64,000 nt of DNA from Escherichia phage BF17, in sequence record MW822008.1; one strand, given 5' to 3'. Each line of letters starts with the position of its first letter. Position 1 is the first letter of the stretch. The translations under genes and the position numbers were made by a program. Below are positions 40,818-51,414 of this stretch, one piece after another. A model generated the notes under the pieces. It was not told the DNA's origin and ran no database searches. It saw only the letters and a program-made list of their open reading frames with translations.

Positions 40818-41125
40818 TGACTAAAAATGAATTTGATTCACTTTGTACGGTTTATAATTCATTAACAGAAATACCTGACTTTATTAATTACATTTCAGCT
40901 TTAAATCAAATTATGCATAGTTTTGAACAATCGTTTGAAGAGAAATATGCTGGTAGAAAAGTTCTATGTCATATGTCAATGTACTTAGGAGATGGTGAGC
41001 CTTACACTACAAGTACTACATGTGAAATAAAAAAATATAATATATTATTGGGGACAATAGAATTCACAGTATCCAATGGTGGTAGTTATATGTACTTTAG
41101 AGATGGAGTGGTTGAATTATTATGA
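40817..41125 (+). CDS. hypothetical protein (102 aa)
   Basis: ORF track. Confidence 0.5.
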   Translation: MTKNEFDSLCTVYNSLTEIPDFINYISALNQIMHSFEQSFEEKYAGRKVLCHMSMYLGDGEPYTTSTTCEIKKYNILLGTIEFTVSNGGSYMYFRDGVVELL

Positions 41126-41571
41126 GTTACGAAAGTGCAATCAAGAAAGCAAATGATATTCTACGCGTCGTTAAATTCTTCAAAGAAAATCCTGAATACT
41201 TAGCTGATGAAAACCATGATCACGATGAGAGATTGAGACGAAAAATTGTCGCTTTATTTGACACTAATGCGGATAATTATAGTCTAATTGAGTTAGCATA
41301 CGATTATATTTCATTGAACCGAAACGGCAATATAGTTAATATAGAAAGACATGCAACTGAAGAATCTTTTAAAATTTCAGATATTTTATCCCTGAGTACT
41401 GAAGAAGGGTACTTCCAGGGTAGTACTGTTTATGAACAAGGGACACTTGACAATCTATGCACATTCAGTGTAATATATCAGAAATCTGTACTAGATGTAT
41501 TTTATCTTGACACTGCTGAACTGGATACACTAACCAATTTTGTTACTACTGAAGAGGCTACATTCGAGTGA
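41122..41571 (+). CDS. family B2-like paralog (TEEGYFQGSTVYE)
   Basis: ATGA overlap. Confidence 0.65.
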   Translation: MSYESAIKKANDILRVVKFFKENPEYLADENHDHDERLRRKIVALFDTNADNYSLIELAYDYISLNRNGNIVNIERHATEESFKISDILSLSTEEGYFQGSTVYEQGTLDNLCTFSVIYQKSVLDVFYLDTAELDTLTNFVTTEEATFE

Positions 41572-42104
41572 TGAAAGTTAACATCAATGACTTTGATGCA
41601 TTACAAGATTTATCAAAAAAGATTCGCACCATTGTACCAGTACTCAAAAAATGCAGTACTGGTTTAATCGATCCTAGTACTGTTGTTAATGAGAAGTACA
41701 ATTTTCATTATGTATTACAGGGTACTGGGGCATTCCAGAAGTGTGAGGTGCGTGAGACACACGTAATTGATACATCATTGTTTTCTATTGGTGCACCTGT
41801 GTCGAATAATACTATTTTCCTAGACAACGCTGGAAATATTCAACAATTAACATTTAAGAAAAGGAAAAAGAACAATAACATTGGTGTGTATGCGATGAAG
41901 TGGGGGCAACCTGATTTGAAGCGTGAAATTCACATCCCTAAGTACAATTACAATGCATTTGACGAACAGTGTTTTCAACTATCGTGTACTGACCCTGACT
42001 ATGCTATCATTCAGTTCTATATGGAATTGCAGATTGCATTTAACAGTAATTTGTATATTAACTTATTGGCGATGAACATCGATGAAGTATTCAAAAACAT
42101 TTAA
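41568..42104 (+). CDS. family B-like paralog (DEQCFQLSCTD)
   Basis: ATGA overlap. Confidence 0.55.
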   Translation: MMKVNINDFDALQDLSKKIRTIVPVLKKCSTGLIDPSTVVNEKYNFHYVLQGTGAFQKCEVRETHVIDTSLFSIGAPVSNNTIFLDNAGNIQQLTFKKRKKNNNIGVYAMKWGQPDLKREIHIPKYNYNAFDEQCFQLSCTDPDYAIIQFYMELQIAFNSNLYINLLAMNIDEVFKNI

Positions 42105-42300
42105 TCGAATTGAATACATGAGAACTGTGAGTGCAGTGTGGGACATATGGTTCACTACTAAACCAAAAATGGATTACCATGACTTTAAGCTCTTGTTCTT
42201 CGTTGGCTCTAACAAACAGGATGTTGCAATGAAGGGTTATATTCAGCACTTACAGGAACTAATCCAGAAGAGAATATATGAAAATAATAGACCAAAATGA
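42082..42300 (+). CDS. family A-like paralog (FVGSNKQD)
   Basis: ORF track. Confidence 0.55.
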   Translation: MKYSKTFNRIEYMRTVSAVWDIWFTTKPKMDYHDFKLLFFVGSNKQDVAMKGYIQHLQELIQKRIYENNRPK

Positions 42301-42469
42301 CATTGCTAAACTATTCAATATATATTCTACTAGAATGATGCAAACAGACTCATATAGTACTGAATTCAAAGAGTTGAAAGTACTGATGTACTTAGGAACC
42401 CAATACCAAGAACAAGTTATTTTAGAATATATTAATTCGTTGAAGAAGGATATCCGTTATGTACGATGA
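42278..42469 (+). CDS. family A-like paralog (YLGTQYQE)
   Basis: ORF track. Confidence 0.6.
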   Translation: MKIIDQNDIAKLFNIYSTRMMQTDSYSTEFKELKVLMYLGTQYQEQVILEYINSLKKDIRYVR

Positions 42470-43019
42470 TTTAGATCTTGCGTTTGAACGTATGGTAATT
42501 TTAATGCAATGTGCAGAAATGCATGAAACAATCCGTCGCACCAAAGGGATTGAATATACAAGTAAACTATTCTCATACGAAAGTCGTCGAGGGATGGATC
42601 ATTTTTACTGCACTGATTGTTCAAAGTTTTCAGTACTGAAATATTATCATCCTACTGTTTCCAATAATAGTTTAATATCCACATATGACGGTGTTCTGTT
42701 TAGTGTAATGTATGACACATTACATCCATCAATTTCAATCTATAAAGATTGCGATAGTAGTTTATCGTATATAATTGAAGATTACTTATCTCCTAATACT
42801 GAAGAGAATATTTTTCAGAACAGTGTGTTGCATGATGAATTAAGCATAAAATGCATCTATATGTTCAATAAGTTAAAAGAGTACGCCGATAATAATTACT
42901 TAATTGATAAGTTAGCAGTATTGTCTGTTTCCGTTTTTAATACAAATGACATTGATATGAAATACTATAATGAGATTTGTAAAGTACATCATATGTATAA
43001 GGAACTATTATGTCAATAA
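42459..43019 (+). CDS. family B paralog (EENIFQNSVLHD)
   Basis: ORF track. Confidence 0.6.
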   Translation: MYDDLDLAFERMVILMQCAEMHETIRRTKGIEYTSKLFSYESRRGMDHFYCTDCSKFSVLKYYHPTVSNNSLISTYDGVLFSVMYDTLHPSISIYKDCDSSLSYIIEDYLSPNTEENIFQNSVLHDELSIKCIYMFNKLKEYADNNYLIDKLAVLSVSVFNTNDIDMKYYNEICKVHHMYKELLCQ

Positions 43020-43612
43020 ATGCAAATAAATGTTGTAGTGCAGATGTGCATTTGTTTTTTAAGAAATTAGCAAATGATATTATATATATGCAGGAAATGA
43101 TTTATCACAAACGAGCGGATTTAGAAAAAGCATTAGTACAGTTCTCATTTATGCTTGATGGTGATATATTTCTAGAGAGTGATGCATTGCGAATAGTATT
43201 AGACAAAAATGCTAAAAGATTTTTATTTCATATAGATAATAAATTATGTTCCTCCGTATGTCGTACTTTTTATAATCGTGATTCGGACTTATATCAATTC
43301 CTTTATTCTAAAGGTGCAGTAGAAGCATCATATGGTGATGGTTATGCCCTAGGAAAGAGTATTCCATTTATGAAATCATTTAAAATAGAACACATCAGTA
43401 CTGATGAAGATGCAATGTTCACAAATGATATAACTATGGGACGTGAAGATGCAATGCGATATATTACAAATTCTATGCATACATTCTTTCAACGAACAGA
43501 ATTTGATAATGTATATATATCAAATGTAAATATTTTCAATGACCTGTGTCAGTACTTGAGAAGTGTTTGTGATTTTGATGAAAGCTATTGTAAGCTTTAT
43601 ACTGAGGTATAA
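43010..43612 (+). CDS. hypothetical protein (200 aa), weak family B resemblance
   Basis: ORF track. Confidence 0.55.
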   Translation: MSINANKCCSADVHLFFKKLANDIIYMQEMIYHKRADLEKALVQFSFMLDGDIFLESDALRIVLDKNAKRFLFHIDNKLCSSVCRTFYNRDSDLYQFLYSKGAVEASYGDGYALGKSIPFMKSFKIEHISTDEDAMFTNDITMGREDAMRYITNSMHTFFQRTEFDNVYISNVNIFNDLCQYLRSVCDFDESYCKLYTEV

Positions 43613-43617
43613 AACAA

Positions 43618-43980
43618 ATGAACACATTAAGTATTACATACTATACAACTAAAAAATTAGTTACTTGTTTAATATCATTGAAGACAAATCATGATGATAT
43701 GTTTGATATGGCTGCATATGAATTAGAATTATCAGAAGATGGCTTCAAGAGCTATGAAGTATATAGCTATGTTCGTGAAGATGTAATTGACACTACACTA
43801 ATGCAAGAGGATGAGTTATTCCAAGAAAGTTTAGTATGGGATAATAAGTACGATTGTAACTTTGATTTCTTATGTTTAATCCAGAAAGAAATGAAAAGAA
43901 TCTTTGATAATTATCCAGTGAAGAGATTGAGTACTGGACCGGAGCAGTACAGGAGAATTTTATTCCGTTATGAAGACTGA
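43618..43980 (+). CDS. family B paralog (EDELFQESLVWD)
   Basis: ORF track. Confidence 0.65.
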   Translation: MNTLSITYYTTKKLVTCLISLKTNHDDMFDMAAYELELSEDGFKSYEVYSYVREDVIDTTLMQEDELFQESLVWDNKYDCNFDFLCLIQKEMKRIFDNYPVKRLSTGPEQYRRILFRYED

Positions 43981-44305
43981 ATTAGTGAAAGTAATGTACG
44001 CTACTCATATTAAACTACTACTTGTGAAATTTGATTATAATAAAAAACATAATGATTTCTATACTTTAATTCGTGATGAAAATACATTCTCCTTGCGATG
44101 CAACAATATACCGTTGAAGATAAATGATTTTACTTCACTTGACGAGGGTGAATTATTTCAAGAATCATTAGTTTTTAATAGTAATATAAAAATTGATATA
44201 GAAGTTATTAAAAAATACCAGATTTTATTGAACAAAATTATGAATTGTTATCCATGTGAAATAGGTGGTCATATGCAGTTCAAATCAAAAATGTATGAAT
44301 TATGA
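43970..44305 (+). CDS. family B paralog (EGELFQESLVFN)
   Basis: ORF track. Confidence 0.65.
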   Translation: MKTELVKVMYATHIKLLLVKFDYNKKHNDFYTLIRDENTFSLRCNNIPLKINDFTSLDEGELFQESLVFNSNIKIDIEVIKKYQILLNKIMNCYPCEIGGHMQFKSKMYEL

Positions 44306-44312
44306 GGTTTAT

Positions 44313-44849
44313 ATGTTAGATGAAAAAATGAACAATGGAACACAATATAATCATCTTAAGTTAGATACATTCGAATCAGCTATCAGTACTGCACAAGATA
44401 TAATTGATATTATCAAGTTCATTAAAGAAAATAAGTTCAAATGTTTGAAAATACTAAATCGTTCAATGTACCGTGATAACAATATTCATGTATCAGTACG
44501 TAGACCGAAAGATAAAGAAAGTGGGAGAGATTTCTATAACAACAGTGAGCAGTTCGAATGTGAATATGATCCAGAATTCAGAGGCGGTTTCATGTGTTAC
44601 TGTATAAAGGATACCTCACACATTGAGATACGTTCATCGAAAGGTGGCATACGTACATTAGAGTTCATTGATATAGTTTTAAATCAGGAATACTACTTTC
44701 AACTATCATTGTTGTTTCCTGCATACGATTTAGGAGTTCTATTCATGTATAAGTACTTTTATGAGCACTGGAATGAAGACTTCTATCTGGACTTAGAAGA
44801 TTACCAATTAGTTTGGAAAGAAATGGTAGAACTTCGCAACCCATCTTGA
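44313..44849 (+). CDS. family B2-like paralog (NQEYYFQLSLLF)
   Basis: ATG 44313 with RBS GAGG 44304-44307; track start 44265 overlaps upstream gene. Confidence 0.6.
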   Translation: MLDEKMNNGTQYNHLKLDTFESAISTAQDIIDIIKFIKENKFKCLKILNRSMYRDNNIHVSVRRPKDKESGRDFYNNSEQFECEYDPEFRGGFMCYCIKDTSHIEIRSSKGGIRTLEFIDIVLNQEYYFQLSLLFPAYDLGVLFMYKYFYEHWNEDFYLDLEDYQLVWKEMVELRNPS

Positions 44850-44855
44850 CACCCT

Positions 44856-44909
44856 CCGATTCTTTGTGATATAATCTCTTTATATTAATTGTAAAGGGTT
44901 ATATCACAA
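44856..44909 (+). promoter_or_regulatory. Promoter with extended -10 (TGaTATAAT) inside inverted repeat TTGTGATATAA...TTATATCACAA
   Basis: TTGACA 44856-44861, TATAAT 44880-44885; 11-bp arms; GATTCTT(T)GTGATATAAT motif recurs at 57905. Confidence 0.55.
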
Positions 44910-45385
44910 TGTCCAAAGACCTATCATTTAGCAATGCACAAAAAATAGCAAAAGACATTATCAGGGTTTATAAATTCCTTGCGAATGTTACTGAAGATTT
45001 TTTCGTGGGGGAACATAAAGTTATTAAACGAAATGGATACCTTTCCTTTATGGATGGGTTACTCTATAGTTCAGATGAATCAACTTGTAGCATTAGAGTA
45101 CTTGATGAAGTACCAAGTGGTGATTTTATTTCATACCATTTTCCAAGTTCAGATAATTTCAAATACTACAATCATCTTCTTATAAATGAAGCATTTGATA
45201 CGATTGTAATTAACACTGAAGAAGAGTTCTTCCAGTACAGTACTGTGTATCCAGAGAGGATTGTTTTCAGTTCAGTGATTTACACTGCCCTTAAAAATGA
45301 ACTAAATTCCGATAGTGATCATTACTACTTGGACCTGAACAATGTCGATTGTATTATTGAGTACATGGAGAAAAATGGTTTATGA
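44909..45385 (+). CDS. family B2-like paralog (EEEFFQYSTVYP)
   Basis: ORF track. Confidence 0.65.
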   Translation: MSKDLSFSNAQKIAKDIIRVYKFLANVTEDFFVGEHKVIKRNGYLSFMDGLLYSSDESTCSIRVLDEVPSGDFISYHFPSSDNFKYYNHLLINEAFDTIVINTEEEFFQYSTVYPERIVFSSVIYTALKNELNSDSDHYYLDLNNVDCIIEYMEKNGL

Positions 45386-45876
45386 TTACTACAGAATATG
45401 ATTACTATGGTGTTTTAGAATTTACAGAAAATATCTATCGCATTGCAAAGGAGTTCAGAAGTCCTAAGCCTTTTGGTGGTATGTTTCAATACGATGAGTT
45501 CAGTTCATCTAAAGGAAGACTAGCATTTACTAATGTTAGAGGTAATCAAATCTACGCGGAGTACTTTGATGATAATGACTTTCATTACAAAGCCGAATAC
45601 ATTTCATATTGCCCTGGGTCTGATTTGAAGATTAATATTGATACCTTTAGAGATTCAGTGCTTGTCCCTTATAGTGAGTTAGTTTTCATGACAGAAGAAA
45701 TGTACTTTCAAGAGTCTTGTATTCATGATGTAAAAGTACTTAATGCTATGTTATTTTATGGTGCACTACTTCATCATTACAAATACAAACAACGATTCTT
45801 TTTAGATTTAGTAGTATACTATAAATGCGTGGATTATTTGAATGCAAAATACGACAACAATTCAGTACATGACTGA
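45382..45876 (+). CDS. family B paralog (EEMYFQESCIHD)
   Basis: ATGA overlap. Confidence 0.65.
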   Translation: MITTEYDYYGVLEFTENIYRIAKEFRSPKPFGGMFQYDEFSSSKGRLAFTNVRGNQIYAEYFDDNDFHYKAEYISYCPGSDLKINIDTFRDSVLVPYSELVFMTEEMYFQESCIHDVKVLNAMLFYGALLHHYKYKQRFFLDLVVYYKCVDYLNAKYDNNSVHD

Positions 45877-46204
45877 TGGTACTGAATACTTTGTTTCAAG
45901 ATATGTAATCAACCACAACCATTATGTAACCTATATTCCAGAGTACAATCAATTTTATATCCAGATTTATCAAAATAATGGAAAGATAAATGATATATAT
46001 TCAGAAATAAAAATCCCTGATTATAGTACTTTATCAGAAGAGGAATTATTTCAGGAGAGCACTATCAGTACTGAAGATGTGTACGAAATAATGGAATACC
46101 AGAAGGTACTTAAACATTTTCATGAAGCAAATGATATACAAATCGATATTGTTAAACCGTGGTGTTACAATACATATGAGGTAAATTATGTTAGAAATGA
46201 TTAA
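45842..46204 (+). CDS. family B paralog (EEELFQESTIS)
   Basis: ORF track; true start may be ATG 45869. Confidence 0.6.
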   Translation: MQNTTTIQYMTDGTEYFVSRYVINHNHYVTYIPEYNQFYIQIYQNNGKINDIYSEIKIPDYSTLSEEELFQESTISTEDVYEIMEYQKVLKHFHEANDIQIDIVKPWCYNTYEVNYVRND

Positions 46205-46601
46205 AATTATGCAACGCTGTCTTGTTGATCAACACGGGGTATATGGATATCGTTTAAGTGCTCCTATTGACAAAAATAAAACAACCTATGTAAGCTATAA
46301 TGCTGTACAAGGATTTGATATATTCATTAGTACTAATTATCAAATCAAACAAGCGAAAGATGTGTCTATAATGACCCCTGATGAGTTATTTCAGTACAGC
46401 TTAGTCTTTCCTACATGTATCGATTTACAACGTCTAGGAGCGATACAGAAGGTTTTACGCGAACATAAAGTACAACCCAATAAAGTCACACACATTCCAG
46501 AAACAATCTTCAAAACCATAGAAGTAGAAACTCCTGATTATATGTTAAGTGATGATGAGTACTACGAGAAACACTTCCCTGGTAAAGTTTGGAGAGACTA
46601 A
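46188..46601 (+). CDS. family B paralog (PDELFQYSLVFP)
   Basis: ORF track. Confidence 0.65.
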   Translation: MLEMIKIMQRCLVDQHGVYGYRLSAPIDKNKTTYVSYNAVQGFDIFISTNYQIKQAKDVSIMTPDELFQYSLVFPTCIDLQRLGAIQKVLREHKVQPNKVTHIPETIFKTIEVETPDYMLSDDEYYEKHFPGKVWRD

Positions 46602-47083
46602 TGAACCGAAAGTACAGAGAAACTATGAAGTTCGCTAAGGAGTGTTTAGAGACAGTTGATTTCATTTTCGATAACAAAGACTCACTGGGTCATCACTTCG
46701 TAATTACAAAGAAAGAAGATAAGAGATACAAGTGTGAAAGATTAGGATACAGTATTGAGTTCTCCTTAATGATTGATGGAATGATAAACTCCTTATATGA
46801 ATGTGGTAAGACTGATTACCTTTCATTTAGATCATGGAGTGAAGGTATCATGTTCTTGAGAACAAATGGAGTTTTATATCCGTTTCTTGATGATTTATCA
46901 GAAGAAAGTTACTTTCAAAATAGTTTAATTTACACAGAAAAAGAACTCAAAATGCTATTCATTATGTCGTACTTTAAAAAGTACTGCAAATTTAATACAT
47001 TATCTTTTGAGATTTCTGCAATGAAAGTATTCATTAAAAATGTAAAAGAATTAAAGAGGGCTTTTAATGTACATAGAAAATGA
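46589..47083 (+). CDS. family B2 paralog (EESYFQNSLIYT)
   Basis: ORF track. Confidence 0.65.
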   Translation: MERLMNRKYRETMKFAKECLETVDFIFDNKDSLGHHFVITKKEDKRYKCERLGYSIEFSLMIDGMINSLYECGKTDYLSFRSWSEGIMFLRTNGVLYPFLDDLSEESYFQNSLIYTEKELKMLFIMSYFKKYCKFNTLSFEISAMKVFIKNVKELKRAFNVHRK

Positions 47084-47609
47084 GAATGTAAAATGCATTA
47101 CTGACATTTGTATAAAATTAATGAAAATTTTCATTAACCCAAAATACAAGACTCGTTCTTTACGTCATAATATTGATGAGCATTGTACCATTAATATACT
47201 AGGTAGTATTCTTGATGTAAAATATGATGGTAAAATGTTATTCGGTATAAGAGAAGAGAAGATAGATGATGCATTCTTTTCTTCTAAAGATAAATTTGAA
47301 CCTTCTGATTATAAAGTGATTATTCGTGATGATAGCATCTATATTAGTAGTGATTATTCAAATTACTTCGATAAAATATACACTGAAAACGTTGACTACC
47401 ATTATGAAATGATAGATTTACCAGTAACAGACATTGATATGGAGAGAATCAAATTTTCATTATCAGATAATGAGTACTTAGGTATACAAACATATTATTC
47501 ACTACAAGGAAAGATTCCACCTGCTATGTATATAAGGATTGAGATTGGTAATGTATTCAATGATAAGGTTATATCAATTGCTGATAAAATATTGGGGGTT
47601 GAATTATGA
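47067..47609 (+). CDS. hypothetical protein (180 aa)
   Basis: ORF track. Confidence 0.55.
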   Translation: MYIENENVKCITDICIKLMKIFINPKYKTRSLRHNIDEHCTINILGSILDVKYDGKMLFGIREEKIDDAFFSSKDKFEPSDYKVIIRDDSIYISSDYSNYFDKIYTENVDYHYEMIDLPVTDIDMERIKFSLSDNEYLGIQTYYSLQGKIPPAMYIRIEIGNVFNDKVISIADKILGVEL

Positions 47610-48169
47610 ATATCAATGATTACCAATTTCATAGGCTTGAATTTCGTCATTGTGTTGCATTTGCAAAAACATTGATGTGCATCATTGACACTCTTTCATC
47701 CAAACAATTTCGTAAGGATAATGATTTATTTCTGAAAAAAGGTCGTGTAACATCAACCGATATCGGTATTGAACTATTTGTTGATATCAGTGTTGATACC
47801 GGAGACAGTACAAGGGTTGGTTGTATAGGTCATATTGGTACACATTGCTTCACATGGAATCCAAATACAAGTCAAGTACGAATTGATTATAGAAATTCAC
47901 GTTGGGTTGATCTTAGTACTGAATCAGATTTAGAATCAGCTATGTTCCAGCTAAGTTTAATTCACAATCCTAATGAACTTCTTTACATTATTACTTTCAG
48001 TTATCTGTTACAAAACTACAATAAACCATCAGGTTTTTTTATAGAATCAGATATAGATGAAATTATGGAAGAGATTCCCAGTTTAAAGGATATTCTGGAA
48101 GAAAAAGATTTCTATGAAGACTTAAGAGATTTATACGACATGCACTTGGAGTTATTTAAGAATGGATAA
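47606..48169 (+). CDS. family B paralog (ESAMFQLSLIHN)
   Basis: ATGA overlap. Confidence 0.65.
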   Translation: MNINDYQFHRLEFRHCVAFAKTLMCIIDTLSSKQFRKDNDLFLKKGRVTSTDIGIELFVDISVDTGDSTRVGCIGHIGTHCFTWNPNTSQVRIDYRNSRWVDLSTESDLESAMFQLSLIHNPNELLYIITFSYLLQNYNKPSGFFIESDIDEIMEEIPSLKDILEEKDFYEDLRDLYDMHLELFKNG

Positions 48170-48680
48170 AGATGATATTCTAATTAGACTAATTAATAGT
48201 TTAATAAAGTTCTCAAATAATGATGTCGATACATACAAAGTAGGGGATATTGAATACAAATCATTTGGTATGTACGGTGAGGATAAAACATATTATGCGT
48301 CAATGAAATTTCAAGATTTTCACGAGATGTTAATATCGTTATCATATGAAGATGTTGATCCAAGATGGAGTTCCAGTATTTCACTATCGAGAATGGTAAT
48401 TCGTAGTAAGCATCGTTATATTTCGTCAAAGAATACTCCTAACTTGATTAATATTGTGTTGAATGAAAATACAAATCCCCTATCTAAACATGATATCGTA
48501 CCGTTAACCGATGAAGTTCTTTTTCAATTGAGTACCATTTGTGATGAAGATGTGATATCATGTATGAAAATTTATGAGAAGGTTGGGAGTGATATTCCTA
48601 TGAACTATTACCTAACTATAGATGGAACGTACCTTCGAGATGATGTTTTAGCGTACATTGACAGTGTTTTACCAAAATAA
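48162..48680 (+). CDS. family B paralog (DEVLFQLSTICD)
   Basis: ORF track. Confidence 0.65.
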   Translation: MDKDDILIRLINSLIKFSNNDVDTYKVGDIEYKSFGMYGEDKTYYASMKFQDFHEMLISLSYEDVDPRWSSSISLSRMVIRSKHRYISSKNTPNLINIVLNENTNPLSKHDIVPLTDEVLFQLSTICDEDVISCMKIYEKVGSDIPMNYYLTIDGTYLRDDVLAYIDSVLPK

Positions 48681-48703
48681 AGACCCGTATGGGTCTTTTT
48701 GTG
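48680..48703 (+). terminator. Rho-independent terminator
   Basis: hairpin AGACCCgtatGGGTCT then TTTTTG. Confidence 0.7.
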
Positions 48704-48755
48704 TTTATGGCTTTACAAGAGCATTCAGGTGTGTTATACTTGATTTTAACTAGAG

Positions 48756-49334
48756 TTGGAGGAATCTATGAGTACTGAATTAATTAAAGAAGTCACATTA
48801 CTTCTGAAGCATTGTTTTAAGTTCATTCCTGATACTGGCTCACGCCAGTACATTAAAGTTAATGAGAAATATAACATCAATATCCTTGTATCTGAAACTG
48901 CGAGCAGTTATGCAAACATTGAGTTGGATTCTGAAGAAAAATATACAGTATTACAAATCATAGCAGATGTACAACGTAAACAAGATTATCGTTCTTCATT
49001 TTACAACGATCATCTGTGTGTTTGCTCAAACTTCAGTGAGAATAAAATTGTGTATAAGAATTTATACACACATGAAGTGATTGATACATATAATTATAAA
49101 ATTTCATCTGATGAATACAATGTTCTAATGTTCAACGCAAACCTTTTGTATGATGCCAGTACTGTACGCTGTTTAGAGTTAGCATATAAAATTCCAAAGA
49201 TCATGGAAAGAAAAGATTTGATTCACTTTAAAACTATTTTAAAATACAGTACAAAAGAATTAGAGGATTTAGTACAGGCTCTTAAGAATTTCATTAATGA
49301 ACATGTACCTGTTAAATTCGAGGATGCACAATGA
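48756..49334 (+). CDS. hypothetical protein (192 aa), family B-like
   Basis: RBS GGAGG. Confidence 0.65.
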   Translation: MEESMSTELIKEVTLLLKHCFKFIPDTGSRQYIKVNEKYNINILVSETASSYANIELDSEEKYTVLQIIADVQRKQDYRSSFYNDHLCVCSNFSENKIVYKNLYTHEVIDTYNYKISSDEYNVLMFNANLLYDASTVRCLELAYKIPKIMERKDLIHFKTILKYSTKELEDLVQALKNFINEHVPVKFEDAQ

Positions 49335-49915
49335 ACCATATCAGAACTAAAATTTTGAGACTCATGCATGACATTGCAGAACTTTCAGAGATTCATGACA
49401 TTACAGAAATTGTTGAATTTGATAATTATCGACTGAAAATTGAAAACAAATCCAAACATCGTTTTGGTTCAGTTCAGTTGGATGTATATAAAACTTATGA
49501 ATTTTCTAAAAAAATTAAAAGTTCATGGGATACGATTACTATGTACATTCGCACATCCAGAAATCGTGAACGTATTGGTTCTATTTCTTCTAATATGGTA
49601 TTTGCGAATGCATTACATGAAAAAATGAATAAAATTGTAGAATCTGATTTCAGTGAAGATGATGGTTTTATTGGGTTGGATGTTCCACCAGAATTAGACC
49701 AAAGTGAAGATATTCGAGATGCATTCATTTTCCAGAAATCATTGTTGGACAATTACAAAGAATTCGAGTACTTAATGCTTTGTTACGATACTGCAAAAGT
49801 TCTTGATTGTGGTGAACTAGTTATGTACAATGATTTTATCAATTACAAGACTGATGTTCTGAATACACTACTTCAAAATATAGAATCGGTTAAGGAAAAA
49901 TATGAACGCTTATAG
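49331..49915 (+). CDS. family B paralog (DAFIFQKSLLDN)
   Basis: ATGA overlap. Confidence 0.65.
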   Translation: MNHIRTKILRLMHDIAELSEIHDITEIVEFDNYRLKIENKSKHRFGSVQLDVYKTYEFSKKIKSSWDTITMYIRTSRNRERIGSISSNMVFANALHEKMNKIVESDFSEDDGFIGLDVPPELDQSEDIRDAFIFQKSLLDNYKEFEYLMLCYDTAKVLDCGELVMYNDFINYKTDVLNTLLQNIESVKEKYERL

Positions 49916-50483
49916 TTATATGACAGAACGCCATCAGTTATTATATGATATCAGTAAAAAAATGCTATCAATTGTTGGTAGTGCGAAAGAAATTGAAAAA
50001 CAATATCTCATCCGTGATGTATCAATTTCATCCAAATGTTGGTCAAATGAATATTACGACCACGGTATTCTTACTATTTCTGGGGCCAGAAATATTTGTA
50101 TTGTAAAAAATAAAAGTAAAAGTAATGAAGAGTGTGAGATTAGAACCGATATACAAATTAAGGATGATGGAAGTTTTTCACATCACCCATTCCATATTAG
50201 TACTATTGGTGTTTTATATAATATTAAAGTACTATTCGGTGATGAAGAGTATGTGTTAAAAGCTATCAATCCAGATTCAAGTACAGTTGAAGAAGAACTG
50301 TTCCAGATGAGCACTGTTATACCTGAAGAGGTTCTTAGTACTGTTGTTTTTTGTAGTTTAATTTATCATACATACAAAAAGAACCAATTCGATTTCCACA
50401 TTTTAGGAACGTACATCTTCAATACTTTGAATGTTGATCGTTTAAAAGCATTAAATGCAGCAATGGATAAGGTGCTACAATGA
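49902..50483 (+). CDS. family B paralog (EEELFQMSTVIP)
   Basis: ORF track. Confidence 0.65.
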   Translation: MNAYSYMTERHQLLYDISKKMLSIVGSAKEIEKQYLIRDVSISSKCWSNEYYDHGILTISGARNICIVKNKSKSNEECEIRTDIQIKDDGSFSHHPFHISTIGVLYNIKVLFGDEEYVLKAINPDSSTVEEELFQMSTVIPEEVLSTVVFCSLIYHTYKKNQFDFHILGTYIFNTLNVDRLKALNAAMDKVLQ

Positions 50484-50908
50484 CAAGAGATGATTGTTTG
50501 TACATATGGGATATAATTGAAACTACACTTTCAAATCCAGAAAATTATAAAACAAAAAAAAGACAACGACACAAAATATGGATAGATTTGTTCGTTGAGG
50601 GCATACACGCAGTGACTATTTGGGATTCACCGAGGGCATCAGCATCTACTCTATTGGACAATGAATGCATTGATTGCATTAATTCCACTTTTCATCTCTA
50701 CGGTACTACATTTTTCGGTACATTTCTGGATATTGAAAGTAAAGATGATATTGATTCACTTGCGTTACAATACCAAGTACTGTATAATACTAAATTAATT
50801 TACGATTTAGTACTAGCTTCTTATGTGTATAAATTAATGATGAAATATAATCATATTTCTGTTTCAGTTTATACTAAGGATATTCTTTCATTAAGAGACA
50901 AAACATGA
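50480..50908 (+). CDS. family B-like paralog (SLALQYQVLYN)
   Basis: ATGA overlap. Confidence 0.55.
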   Translation: MTRDDCLYIWDIIETTLSNPENYKTKKRQRHKIWIDLFVEGIHAVTIWDSPRASASTLLDNECIDCINSTFHLYGTTFFGTFLDIESKDDIDSLALQYQVLYNTKLIYDLVLASYVYKLMMKYNHISVSVYTKDILSLRDKT

Positions 50909-51414
50909 GTTTATTAAATGCACGCGAATTAGTTGAGATGTATGAGATTTTGTCTTCATATAAAAATTCTCATGGAGATGTGATTCTCGACAAAAAGTTC
51001 CATGTCAGTGTTGAACATATATCAAATATAGATATGATTTCTTTGGTGGAAAGTGATAAGTCAGGTCTTGAACGCGATATCATGCGTTTGATTTATATTC
51101 CCAAACCATCATATACTAATGATAGTTCAATTAGTAATGAGACATTCATGTATAGTCCTGGTACGGATTCTACTATAGTATCGCTGTCCAATAAATCAAT
51201 GGGTACTTTCCAATTCATCTATACCAGTACTGATAACATTGAAGAAATTGAATTTCAAAACAATACATTAAGTCCATGTAGTAGTGTTATAACCTTTATG
51301 TCATATCTATGGTCAACTAAAACAAGTGCTGTTGTATATAGTTCAAATTATACACAAGATAGTATTGTTGAATCATATAAAGTTCTAAAGGAATACTATG
51401 AAAATAACAAATGA
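50905..51414 (+). CDS. family B-like paralog (EEIEFQNNTLSP)
   Basis: ATGA overlap. Confidence 0.55.
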   Translation: MSLLNARELVEMYEILSSYKNSHGDVILDKKFHVSVEHISNIDMISLVESDKSGLERDIMRLIYIPKPSYTNDSSISNETFMYSPGTDSTIVSLSNKSMGTFQFIYTSTDNIEEIEFQNNTLSPCSSVITFMSYLWSTKTSAVVYSSNYTQDSIVESYKVLKEYYENNK